Shown piece by piece: positions 27,816 to 43,095 of a stretch of DNA of 64,000 nt. This DNA is from the human T2T-CHM13v2.0 reference genome, Homo sapiens. Both the position numbers and the translations under genes were made by a program. A model generated the notes under the pieces. It made no database searches and had not been told where the DNA came from. It saw only the letters and a list, made by a program, of their open reading frames with translations. Every line of letters starts with the position of its first letter. Within the stretch, counting starts at the first letter, position 1. The stretch lies in NCBI RefSeq assembly GCF_009914755.1, contig NC_060926.1. One strand, 5' to 3'.

Positions 27816-30158
27816 AATGAATTCCCAGCATAAAGTAGCTGCCTGAACAAGCCCCTTGGCTCTGGGCTGTGTGACAGAAAAATAAAAAGGCCCCGGTCCA
27901 GCTTAACCAGGCTGTGTCCTTAGCCCCAGGTCCCCCCCACCCCCTTCTTCTTAGGAAGCTGTCTTTAAGTCTGAGGAAAGCTGCTATGTAGAAAAGGGAC
28001 AAGACTTGCTTTGGAGGCCCCAAGAGAGAAAGCTAATGAGGAAAGGCTGCTGGGGAACAGAATGTTGCTTTCAGAGAAGGAAGAATTTTTAAAGAGTCAA
28101 ACAGTTCAAAGAATGTGCTGCCCTGAGAGGTGGTGAACTCCCATTCCCAGAAACCGAGAGAGAAGACTGCGGGAAGAGCCGAGCAGGGGTGGAAGGCTGG
28201 ACCGGAGGAGGGGGATGTGGCCAAACCCTGGGGGCCGAGGCCTGGGTGCCCAGATGTGGTTCTGCACAGAGAAGAAGGAGGGTAAAGTCTTCATTCTCCT
28301 CAGCCTTCAAGTCCTTGATGGTTATCCTAAAAATACAGCATGGTAATAAAAGTCAAGGCCCTGACCCTCTCTGGGAAAAGAATCAAAGTCCAGAGAAAAA
28401 ACAACAAGCCCTGGAAGTTCCTAGTAGGTTTCCTGGGTAAAGCAAGAACCTGCCCAGATCCTGGGAAGAAGCACCCAGGCCTGCAGTGGGGTAGAGAGTT
28501 GAGAAGGGCCTGGGGCAAGATGCTGGGCCTCCTGGGCTGGGATCTCAGCTGAGAGCAGATGTGTTGAGCTTCTCACCCCAGGGCAATCTGTCGGCATGGC
28601 CTCCACAGGGCTCCGAGAAGGAACCACCCAAGCCCCCTTCTACTCAGGGATGACTCATGCCAGGCCTGGTTCGCACTGGCTCAGGACAGAGATAGAAGGG
28701 GGAGGCAGCCAGCACTGTTCCCAGGGGCCCGAGCTGTTACAGCTGAGGCTCTGATGAGGCATTCAGGAGTTAATTACAGCAAGGAGGCCAGGAGGGATTT
28801 GGATAAATGAGGTTGGCTGGTGAGAAGCTAAGTTTCTACAACATCCTTGTAAGAGGGAGACAGTTAGGTCGAGAGAGACCCATAGTGCTCAGGTGGCTGG
28901 GAATGAGTGTGAATGTGGAGAGTGTGTGTGTGTGTGTCCATGCGTTAGCGCTTGCACATGTACACACATGCAGCTGCATGTACGTGTCTACTGTCTACAG
29001 TGTCTGCATGAGGTATGTATATGAAGTCTGTTTGTCTGTAGGGTAGGTGTGTCCATGTGTGTTCATGTGTTCTAAGTGCCATGTGCTTGACAAATACATG
29101 TCACTGTAACCCATCACAGGCTGTGAGCATACCCACAGATGTTTCACAAACCAGTCTGTCTTGGTCCCGATTAATCCAGATTCTTAGAGTGTCCAGCCAA
29201 TTTGGAAGCCAAAAAGTCACTGCACCCCACCAGGGCGTCCATCATGGCCTGACTACCTAAGCAGAGGGGGCTGTGGGAGGCAGGGAATGGAGAGAAGGAC
29301 CAGGCCTAGTAACCTTGGGAGGCCAGAGCCCAAACAGCTCACCTCTCCCGGATGAGGGGACGAAGTACCACAATGTGTGAAATCTGGAAACTCCAATACT
29401 GCCGCCATTTAGACTAGGGGGCCCACGTGTGCTGCCCCTGCCCAAGAGATGTGTTCCCCACCTCAGTCACTCGAAGGACAGTCACTGGTCATCTATGCAT
29501 GTCCCTGAGCTAAATGCTGGGAAGGTCAAAGGTAAACAGTACTCCAAAGAGCTTGGATGGGTGGGGCAATGGTCACACGTGGGAGAGACTGGTCTCCCAG
29601 GGCAGGAGTGCTTCACAGTCTTCAGCCAAATGCTGTAGGAACGTAGAGGAGGGAGGAGCTGCATAACTGTAAAAGTCAGCATATTTGGAAACAAGGCCTC
29701 CAGCATGAGAACAGGCACCAGACCAGTGTCCCCAGAGTCCCCAGATCAACAGGCCCCAAGAGAAGCAGGGCCACATTTAATCTCAGTGTTGGCGGGGCCA
29801 GACTAACAAGCCACCAGGCCATGTCATCTGGAACAGTGCGGAAATCACACAGACCCAGGGTCAGCCCAGAGCTCTTACCCTGCCAGAGCAGGAGAGGGGA
29901 CACCGAACATGTGGGACTTCTGGTCACTGGCCTGGTCTCCTGTGCAGTCCCCAGAGACAGGGGCCACCGTGTAGGCCAAGGTGACTGCAGTCTCAGGAGA
30001 CAGCCCACTGGGCCCAAAGATGGCCACGTGTGTGGTACCTGGAGCCCTCACCACGAATTATTTGGCAAAGAGCAGGTACTACTCCTTAGAGGTTTGAAGA
30101 GTTAACGAGCTGTCAACTAGGAGACCTGGCCCAAGGGGCAAGCCACCATCCTCTAGAA

Positions 30159-30349
30159 CAGCGCTAATAGAACTTCCTGCAATCACAGAAATGTTCTGTA
30201 TCTTTGCTGTCCAATATGGCAGCCACATTTAGCTACTGAGCACATGAAATGTGGCTAGTGCTACTGAAAGACTAACATTTTCTAATTAATTAAGTTTAAT
30301 TTAAATAGCTACATATGACAAGTGGCTACCATACTGCTACCTATTGCAG
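30159..30349 (+). mobile_element. MER3 (hAT-Charlie)
   Basis: ctgtccaatatggcagccac...gaaatgtggctagtgc; perfect 8-bp TSD ctctagaa on both sides. Confidence 0.85.
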
Positions 30350-30732
30350 CTCTAGAACACTGTAGTCACAAGTACTGTGCCAACTCTGATGGGCAGAGAG
30401 CAGCTGCCTCGAGCCCTGTGTTGAGAAGGATGCGGAGGGTTCGTATCTGTGACTGGCGGAAAGCAGACCCTTTGCATTCTCTCCTTGACCCAGATGCAGC
30501 AACTCAGTACCACCCTGGGCATAAAGGCCCAAGAAAATTATACCGACAAAATTTCCACCTTTACCCACGGCACTCCCTAAGCTCCGTCCTCTGCTTTCTC
30601 TCCACAGCCCTTCCCAGCTCCTGACATAGCACATACTCGTCTGTTTAATGTGTGTTGCCCACACTAGAATCTGTTCTGCTCACAACTGTATCCCCAGTGC
30701 CTAGAAAAGTCCTGAAATACTTGTGGTCTGAA

Positions 30733-30972
30733 TTTTTTTTTTTTTTTTTTTTTTTTAAAGAGACAGGGTCCCGCTGTCTCCCAGGCTGGAGTGCTGAAGT
30801 GTAGTCACAGCTCACTGCACACTGATCTTGCTGGGCTCAGGTGATCCTCCCGCCTCAGCCTCCCAAGTAGCTGGGACTACAGGTGCGCACCACCACCATG
30901 CCTGGATTTTTTTTAAGTTTTTTTGTAGAGATAAGGTCTTGCCATGTCTGGTGTTGGACTCCTGGGCTCAAG
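30733..30972 (-). mobile_element. Partial AluJ-like element
   Basis: polyT, right arm and part of the left arm. Confidence 0.85.
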
Positions 30973-33710
30973 AGGGGCTCAGTGACCCAGTTAGAATGTG
31001 AATGCAAGTCTTACTTGCAACCTTTGTTGACAGATCTTTCCATTTTCTAAGTGAGTCAAAAATCCAGGTTTTTATCCAGAATGTACAAATGTTTAAGTAT
31101 TAGAAAATGTTAACACTCTGGGAAGGTCAAACAAAACAGATACCCACAGGCCAGCTGTGGTCCAAGGACTACCTAACTGATTCTTCCTGTTAATTAACAG
31201 ATCTCCCAAATAGAGCCAGGAGGAAGTGCCAGCTGGTAAATGAGAGATCTCATTATTAAATGAAATAATCCAATGAAAACACCATCCAGGGCCTGGCACA
31301 AAATAAATGTTCAATAAAACTACACTCATTACTAACAAAACTTCATTCTTACAGCCAGATAAATATAAAATGCGCCACAACCCTGGCCACAATGCACAAT
31401 TCTACAATTCTACAACTCTACAGTTCTCCAGCAATTCTACAACTGTTTGGAGAAAAATTCTGCTGGAGGATGTGGCAAAGGCTTAAGACCTGCCACAGCC
31501 CAGCAGAGCCCAGCTCAGAGGCCACACAGCCCATGCATGGGCCGTCAGCAGGACTGTCCTCACCAGCTCTGCTCAGGTCCACCCTGACACAGCCAACATC
31601 CTCCCACTGCCACCAGGAACCCACCACTGCTTTAGGACAACCTGTTTTCTATGGGTTCATCATCTGCATTATCTGAAATGTGGATTTGTTTTGCTAAGTC
31701 CTGGAATGTTGAAATGAAGAGCATTCTGTGACATCCAAGAGGTGAGAGTTGGAACCAACAGAAGGACCAGTGCCTACTTCGCATTATGGGGAACGCACCT
31801 GGCTTTTCTCACACTGAGAGGCATTCGAGGCTAAAAGAAAAACTAAAAATATTAGATATCTTTGTGGGTGGTTCTGTGAAGAAGATAGCGAGTACAATGC
31901 AAGGCTGATGCTGGGGGTGGGGACGTGTCTGTGTGTCTCCTGTGAAGCAGACAATGGATTTGACCCATTACATTAGACGCGGAGAATGCCATGATGCAGC
32001 CACGGTGCAACGAGCAAGACGCAGAGCAGCTATGGATCCACAGGCAGAGGCACAGCCCTCCCACTCGACACCAGCTTCGTCTCCTCTTCCCACTCTTAGT
32101 GGTCCCCCTGCCCCGACCTCACTGTTGCCAGGATAACAGTGGCATGGTGGGGCTTGGCACTAGAAGCCCAACCCCAGGCCAAGAGGCAACTGGCCTCTGG
32201 CTCTGACTCCCCTCTCCCCTACCAAGCGCCTATAAGAACAGGGCTCAGGGTTGATGACACCTTGTCCTAATAGCAAAAGGTCTTGGGGGAAACAGTGACC
32301 AGGCTTGGGCAAAGGTTACAGAGGAAGAACATTCAGAAAAGCAAGAGATACAATCCAAGCTTAGGAAATGGCAGCCTCCCAGTGTCCCAAGCTCCGGGGC
32401 TCCCAGGAGAGGGGCCTGACGCTTGTGGTCAATGGGCGGTTCTTCCCTGTAAGACCGGCATGAAGGAAAAACACCATCCCTAGTAACAGGTGACCCTGCA
32501 CGTGGGTTAAAGCAGAAGGAGAGGTGGGGAGAGGCAGCTGTGTCTCTGTGCAGTCCCCCAAGACCTGAATGGAAACCCACCCAGCGTCCACCTCAGCTGT
32601 CTCCCCAGGATCCCAAGGGTGAAGATGGGGATGGCTTTCTACCCTAGACCCTGTGCAGTCTGCCCTGGGCTCTCCCTCTACGTGCCCTGGCTGCAGCATC
32701 CTCCTGTCTGAGGGTGGGCACTGTGGACAGTCCTCACCTCCGAGGGAGGACCAGGCACAGGGCCAGTTAACCACACAGGACGCGTGTGAAGGAAGCATAG
32801 GCCTGCCCCTGTCATCCCTCCATCTTCCCACATCCTCCGTCAACCATGTTCCGATCCCTGGGAAGTGATTCTGAGTATGATTCAGAGAGGCTCAGTTTTG
32901 TAGCTCCACCTGGCAGCAGGTGTGTGCTGAGTGGGTTTTCTGGGTGCCGCCTGTTGCCAGGTGGCGGCTGGGGTGCTTAGCAACCCTCAAGGTCCCCAAC
33001 TAACCCCTGAAGTGTGGTCACATGGGAATAAAGACAAACAACTCCAGTTCTGTCCTCTGGGCCTCCTGCTCTACCCTCACATGCCCACAGAGCCGGGAGG
33101 CTGGACCAAGGTCAGCATGCACCCTGGCGGCCCCGCACCACAGGGAAGCGCCATGGCACTGCCTGCGAAGCCAGATATGTGTTCGGCAGAGGCAAAGAGG
33201 ACGCTTCGCATGCCAGGGCTGCACCAAGAGCTCCAAATCCACAAGGCCTCAGGGCAGGGCAGGCTCCACTACCTCCCTGAAGGAGACTGGAGCCAGGGAG
33301 GTTAAAGCAGCAAAGCCACTGGAATCTGAGACCCTTGCCATTACCCAAATGCTCTGTTGCCTCAATGCACCCTTTGACATGTGGACATGCTCACCCCAGT
33401 GAGGAGGCAGAAAGGGATGCCTGTGCTTGAGGGACTGTGCCGCCTCACCCTCCTGGACCATGGCTGGCTGCCCACCCATCTGGGAGTTGACTGTCATTAG
33501 GAGGCTGGTCATCTTCATAACAGAAGGTACAACTTCCCAGGGGATGGCAAGAGAGAGAGCGGGCTCAGGTCACCAGCGCATCCCTACACCTCACTTCACA
33601 GCAGAGGAGGAAGCTGAGGCCCAGCGAGGAGACACCTGCTGGGACAGCCACATGGCCAGGGCTGCCCTTCAGCCGCACACTCTTAAGGCAGCTTAGAAAA
33701 CAAGATAAAT

Positions 33711-34123
<413 letters not shown>

Positions 34124-35005
34124 TCATAATTTTTTTAAATGGAGAATTTTCTTAAAAAAGACATTAAGCACACATGTAAGTAAGGGATGGCCTGCTCTGA
34201 CACTGACCTCAAATGGCTCTTTGGAGCCACTTCCAAACCAGGTTCTGTTTCCTCTCATACCAGGACTGTCTGCGGCCCTTTCCAAAGTGTTTTTCCATCT
34301 ATTATCTCATTTTTATTCTCATGAGGAGCTTTTACAGGAGGAAAGTGAAACGGGGTCATGCAGCCTCTAGTACCGGCCTGCACTCAGCTCCGAAGACCCG
34401 TCAGCTGATGTTTCTGAAACGTCAAATCAGCCCAGAGCCCACGCCACTCCCAACGTCAGCCCCAATGCCTTGGGAGGGAGTGACCTCTGTCCTGGCTGGA
34501 AGAGAGAAGGGGAAGGATGCACAGGCCCCAGCCAGCTCCCATCCTACCTCACCACCCTGACTTCAGCCGGTGCCTCCCCAGGGGCTGGGGGCCAGCGTGA
34601 CGGCATCTTGGAGCCCCAAAGGGCTTCATGGTTTTTAGACTCCCCTCTGCCTTATTTCATGTGATTCCCAAACTATCCCCTAACAATGGTATTATTTTTA
34701 ATCCCATTTTCAGAAAATTAAACTAAAGACCAGAGAGGTAAAGTACCAACACCACACAGAGAAAGCCAGGGCTCACAGTCCCCCAAAAACGCTGGCAGAG
34801 GCTGTGGATGCAAATCCAGGTCCAAGATGACCAGCGGGGTCATCCCTCCCCAACCCCCAGTACAGACAGGTATCCACCACAAGGTGAGGCTGGAGCATAG
34901 GACTGTGGGACTGTGCTAGGGTCTGGGTCCCTTGTCCTCACGTGCAAGGCCTGTCCCAGGGCTCACCAGGTCCCTTTCTATCTGGTTTTAAAAATCAATC
35001 TCGGT

Positions 35006-35330
<325 letters not shown>

Positions 35331-35849
35331 AATCAAGCTCGGGTCCCAAGTTTTCTTTTGGGGGAAGATGTTGCGGAACTAGCTAGAGGTGGTGGTGGCA
35401 CAACATGGTGAGTGTACTAAACCACTTTCAAGGGGTTTCATTTTAGCTCTATAAAAAAGAAAAAAAAATGAAGCAAACCTGAGTTTTTCTAACTGCATAT
35501 CTAATTTATAATACCATATTCATTTTTAAAAATTATTTTTCAAAAAAAGTCCCAGATTAAGGGAGGTTTTGGTGGCCTCTTCTACTTTTCTATATCTTCA
35601 AAATTGTATCCAACAATCATATGATGGTAGAGAGTTTGAGTGTCTATGTGCAGGCACTGTGCAATAACTACTTAACACTTATCTCCCCTAAGGCCATAGG
35701 AGAGGGGCAGAGACTCTGGTACTTGGCTCTCAGCTGCTATACTATGTGAGAGGAAGGTGTTACATTTATAATCTCTTAATCAGGATAAAACATGGCTAGG
35801 ACACTCTCAAATATCAGGACCAAAAAAAAGGCTTGAAGGAATATGCCTC

Positions 35850-36287
35850 TGTGATGGTTAATACTAAGTGTCAACTTGATTGGATTGAAGGATACAAAGT
35901 ATTGATCCTGGGTGTGTCTGTGAGGGTGTTGCCAAAGGAGTTTAACATTTGAGTCGGTGGGCTGGGAAAGGCAGACCCACCCTAAATCTGGGTGGGCACA
36001 ATCTAATCAGTGGCCAGTTTGCTAGAATATAAACAGGCAGAAAAAGGTGAAAAGAGAGACTGGCCTAGCCTCCATACAGCCTACACTTTTCTCCTGTGCT
36101 GGATGCATCCAGCTCTCCAACAGTGGACTTGAAGTTCTTCAGTGTTGGAACTCGGACAGGCTCTCCTTGCTCTTACCTGCAGATGGCCTATTGTGGGACC
36201 TTGTGATCATGTGAGTCAAAACTTAATAAACTCCCCTTCATAGATATCTATTCCATTAGTTCTGTCCCTCTAGAGAACCCTAATACA
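35850..36287 (+). mobile_element. MLT2A (A1/A2, HERV-L) solo LTR
   Basis: tgtgatggttaatact..gtgtcaacttgattggattgaagg start, taataca end, perfect TSD gcctc/gcctc. Confidence 0.92.
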
Positions 36288-36300
36288 GCCTCTATCAGTC

Positions 36301-36427
36301 TTTTATTTTAGAGATGGAGGTCTCACTATGTTGGCCAGGTTGGTCTTGAGCTCTTGGCCTCAAGCAATCCTCCTGCCTCAACCTCCTAAAGTGTTAGGAT
36401 TACAGGCGTTGAGCCACTATGCCAACC
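36301..36427 (-). mobile_element. Alu monomer (FLAM-like)
   Basis: Left arm only. Confidence 0.8.
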
Positions 36428-36615
36428 TCTTTTTTATTTCTTTATAATTGTATATTCTTGCCAAATATTACACAGTGTAGGCCAAGAAAGCAAAGGAACT
36501 CTTCCAAACTTGAGTTTATCTGTCTGTGGCTTGAGCCAAATGAGGATAAGGCAGGAAACAGCCCACAGGATGTCACTCCTGCCTTGAGGCTGGTTCCCTG
36601 GGGCTGGGGTTTTCA

Positions 36616-37915
<1,300 letters not shown>

Positions 37916-37921
37916 GATCTA

Positions 37922-38195
37922 GTGCCTGTAATCCCAGCATTTTGGGAGGCCGAGGCGGGCAGATCACTTTAGGTAAGGAGTTCAAGACCAGCCTGGCCAA
38001 CGTGGTGAAACCCCATCTCTACTAAAAATACACAAATTAGGCAGGCGTGGTGGTGCATGCCTATAGTCCCAGCTACTTGGGAGGCTGAGGTAGGAGAATC
38101 GCTTAAACCCAGGAGGCGGAAGTTGTGAGTCGAAATTGTACCACTGCACTCTAGCCTCAGCAACAGAGTGAGACTCTGTCTCAAAAAAAGAAAAA
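37922..38195 (+). mobile_element. Alu, 5'-truncated
   Basis: Starts at gcctgtaatcccagc. Confidence 0.9.
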
Positions 38196-38228
38196 TAGAT
38201 TTAGTACAAAAGAGTGAATAGGCTATCA

Positions 38229-38230
<2 letters not shown>

Positions 38231-38276
<46 letters not shown>
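38231..38276. repeat. (TG)23 microsatellite
   Basis: Pure 46-bp run. Confidence 0.98.
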
Positions 38277-38279
<3 letters not shown>

Positions 38280-39074
38280 ATTCTATAAACCTCTGAAAGG
38301 GTACATTAAAAAGATAATAGTGACTGGTGATTCATGGATGGGGGCTGGATGGCTAGGGGAAATGAAGGTGGGATGACTTACTTTTCCTAGTATACCCTTT
38401 TTCATACTTTTACGATTTTATACATGTATACGTTTGCTATAGAGGATCTTATAGCAGGCCAACCCTCCAGCCAAGAACAACTATAAAAGCTGGATAAAAT
38501 ACATAAAAAGAACCTAGCTCTTTAAAGGCAATGGAAACAACCAAAGCAGCCAGGATTTGAGGGGCCAAGATCTCAGGGGAAGGGAAACACATTTAAGTGA
38601 GCCCAATGCACTCCACCACTTTTCCCTTGCGACCAGGGTCGAGAGGCTGGAGAGAGAGCAATGATGAGGGCTTTCAAGGGGCTGGAGAAACAAGGACTGT
38701 GAGCAAGGATTCCAAGGCAGAGAGAGTAGAGGGGCTAAGACCCCGGGGAAAGAGAACCATACAACAGTGAGTCTGACTTTCTGTACACTATTACCCTTTA
38801 GTATTTGCATGGGGCAAGAGACCAAGAATCCAAGCAGAAAGTGAGACTAAGAGGCTAAGCTTTCAGTAGCCTCACATTGCTGAGGAGTTCAAGATACCAT
38901 GAGAAAAGCACCAGCCTTTCAGGTAAGACCCCTGAGAAGCTATTTCCTATCTGCCCCTGCTCTAACCATCTGCCACAAGAAAAGTAAATCTTCCCTGGAG
39001 AGACACAACATTATTCAGAAGCACTACTATTTCCCATCCACAATATCTAGTATTTAATTTTTAAAAATGCCAGG

Positions 39075-39308
39075 TGGCTAAAGTGGGAGGATTGCTTGAG
39101 GCCAGGAGTTTGAGACCAGTTTGGGCAACACAGTGAGACTCCATCTCTACAAAAAACCATTTTTTTAATTAGCTGGGCATGGTGGCACACGCCTGCAGTC
39201 CTAGCTACTCAAAAGGCTGGGGTGGGAGTTTTGCTTGAGCCCAGGAACTCGAAGATGCATAAGCCACTGCACTCCAGCCTGAGTGACAAAGCAAGACCCT
39301 GTCTCAAA

Positions 39309-39339
<31 letters not shown>
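39075..39339 (+). mobile_element. AluJ-like, 5'-truncated
   Basis: gggaggattgcttgaggccagg; long A tail. Confidence 0.88.
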
Positions 39340-40059
39340 GGCCAAGATGCCAGGTTTCAACAACAAAAAAATGCATACCCATTGGTATTATTATGGTTGT
39401 CAGTCAGGAACTTTAAAATAAATGTTTAATATATTCTAAAAAATAGATGACAAAATAGGAATACATCGTTAGGGACCTAAGTCCAGTTTTTAAAATCAAA
39501 TGGAAATTCTAGGACAGAAAAATATATAATTGAAATTGATGACTCAATAAAAGAGCTCAACCACTGATCTGACAAACCAGAGGAAGACAGGATTAGTAAA
39601 CTGTAGATTAGGCCCATCAAAACATTGTCTGAAGTGCAAAAAGAAAAAAAGATTCAGAAAAAGAAGAGAGATACTTCTGGAACATGGTAAAAATGTCTAA
39701 CAAGGATATTGAGTCCTAGAGGAAAGGAGCGAATGGGAAGAAGCAATAAAAAGATACTGGCTGAAAATGTTCAAAACTGACGAGAGATGTCAAACCAACA
39801 TTCAAGAAGCTCTTTGAATACCAAGCAGAGCAACTGCAAAGAAAACTCCCAGGCGCAGCATCGTAAAACTGCTGAGAACCAAAAACAAAGAGCATTGGGA
39901 AAGCAACCACAGGAAAAAGTATGCATTAATGTAACGGGAGCAACAGTCTATCTGACAACTGGCATTTCAACAGGAATGAAGGAAGCGGGAAGGATAGTGA
40001 AATGCTTTTAAAGGGCTAGAAGTAAAAAATGGCAGCCTAGAATTATCTGCAAAAAGTCT

Positions 40060-40350
40060 TGGCATGATTTGAATGTGTCTGTTCAAAATTCAGGTGCTGC
40101 CAATGTAATACTATTAAGAGGTGGGGCCTTTAAGAGGGGATCAGGCCATGAGGGTTAAGGCTCTTTTAAAAGGGGCATCACATAACATTCAGCTAGCCCA
40201 CCCTTCTGCCATGTATGGACACCAGAGCAAATGCTGGTGCCTTGATCTTGGACTTCCCGGCCTCTAGAACTGTAAGTAGTAAATTTCTGTTCTTTATAAA
40301 TTACCCAGTTTCAGGTATTCTGTTGTAGCAGCACAAAACGGATGAAGACA
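40060..40350 (+). mobile_element. MST-family MaLR solo LTR inserted in old L1
   Basis: ttggacttcccggcctctagaactgtaag...ataaattacccagtttcaggtattctgttgtagcagca. Confidence 0.8.
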
Positions 40351-41132
40351 GGTATCTTTCGAAAATGAAAGCAAAATAAGCACACTCCTAGGTAATCAGA
40401 AATGGAGAGAATTTGGTACCAAGAGATCAGCATAAAAGGTAATACTAAAGGGAATTCTTCAAGAAAATGAAGCAAAGAAATGGAGAAAGGAAGAGCAATT
40501 GAGAGGGCAAAACTGTGGGTAAATATAAGTAAAGAATATTAATAAGAATATTACATAAAATAATCACAATAAGGACTTGTGGGGTTTAAAATATGTTGAA
40601 CTAAAACACATTATACTAATAAGCAGAAAGTGGGGGGCAGAGGCTTGTGAAATGAAGTTAAAAGGTTGTGAGGTCCTTGCATCATGACTAAAGAGGTAAG
40701 TACTAATTTGGGGCAGATGCAAATATGACATAGTTGACATTATTTCATTTTTTAAAGATTTTGACAGATTTGGCAGAATATACATTATTCTCAAGTGCAT
40801 CAAAACTGACCACATGCTAGGCCAAAAATCAAGTTCCAAGAAATTTCAAAGACTTGAAATTAGAGTATGTTCTCTGACCAGAATAAAGATAAAAAACAAC
40901 ATAATTGTAAACAAATCCTCAAATGTTTAGAACTTAGTGCACTTCTACGTCGCCCATGGATCAAAGGCATTTCAATGAAAATTAGTAAATATTTTAAATT
41001 AAACGACACTGAAAATATGGCATATTAAAACTTGTGAGATAAAGCTCAAACAATGTAATGAGTGAGATCTGTAGCATTAAATGCATGTTTTAGGAAAGAA
41101 AGGCTGAAAATCGGTCATCTGAAGTTCTATTT

Positions 41133-41391
41133 TGGCTGGACCTGGGGGCTCACGCCTGTAATCCCAACACTTTGGGAGGCCGAGGTTTCGAGACCAGCCT
41201 GACCAACGTGGTGAAACCCTGTCTTTACTACAAATACAAAAAATTAGCCGGGCGTGTTCCCAGCTACTCGGAGGCTGAGGCAAGAGGATACCTTGAACTC
41301 AGGAGGTAGAGGTTGCAGTGAGCCTAGACTGCGCCACTGAACTCCAGCCTGGGTAACAGAGCAAGATTCAGTCTCCAAAAAACAACAATAA
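41133..41391 (+). mobile_element. Alu with internal deletions
   Basis: TSD aagttc(t/c)atttt. Confidence 0.9.
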
Positions 41392-41476
41392 AGTTCCATT
41401 TTAAGAAGGTAAAAAAGGACACAAATTAAGCCCAAAGAAAAAAGAGGCAATGACAAAGTTTAACTTAGAGATAAGA

Positions 41477-41782
<306 letters not shown>

Positions 41783-42120
41783 CAGAGATAAGAAATGTAC
41801 AAAGAAAGCAACAAAGATTAACGGTGGTCTGCTGAACAGGCTAAAACAATAAGCCTTAGCAAGACTGATTAAGAAAAATTTTAAAAAGGCACAAATTATC
41901 TTCAGTAATGAAAAAAAGGAACATCATTACCCATTTCAGACAAAAGATAAAAAGAAAATATTAAGAATATTATGCCAAAATTTTGAAAATTTGAATGGAC
42001 ATGTTTCTGGGGGAAAAAAACCTCTCTAAAACCTATATAAAAGGAAATATAAAATCTGAACAACCTTATTATCTATGACGGAAACAGAATCTTCCCCTAA
42101 AGAACACTCCAGGCCTATAG

Positions 42121-42445
<325 letters not shown>

Positions 42446-42772
42446 ACACCTACAGGCCAGCCACATGCCTGGCTGTGACTTCCAAATTTAAGGAATAACC
42501 CAAATTATCTTCAAACTATCAGGGGTTAGAAACTTCTCAAATTATTTAATGAGTTGGGCATAACCGTAATACCAAAACCTGTCAAGCACATGGAAAGGAA
42601 GGAAAATGGCAGGCAGGTTTCTCTCTTGAACAGAGACAGAAGACGTAAGGAGAATGTAGGTAAATGGAAACTCACAGGGGGCAGGATTCCATCCTTCCCA
42701 ATGGTAACAGTGCTTTACCAATCCCAGTGGGATTCACATAGATTCCTTCTTACCCTTAAAACAATCTCTCAG

Positions 42773-43095
<323 letters not shown>

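Noticed and set aside
31397-31445. Degenerate (caattcta)n run
   Set aside because: Ordinary low-complexity slippage repeat
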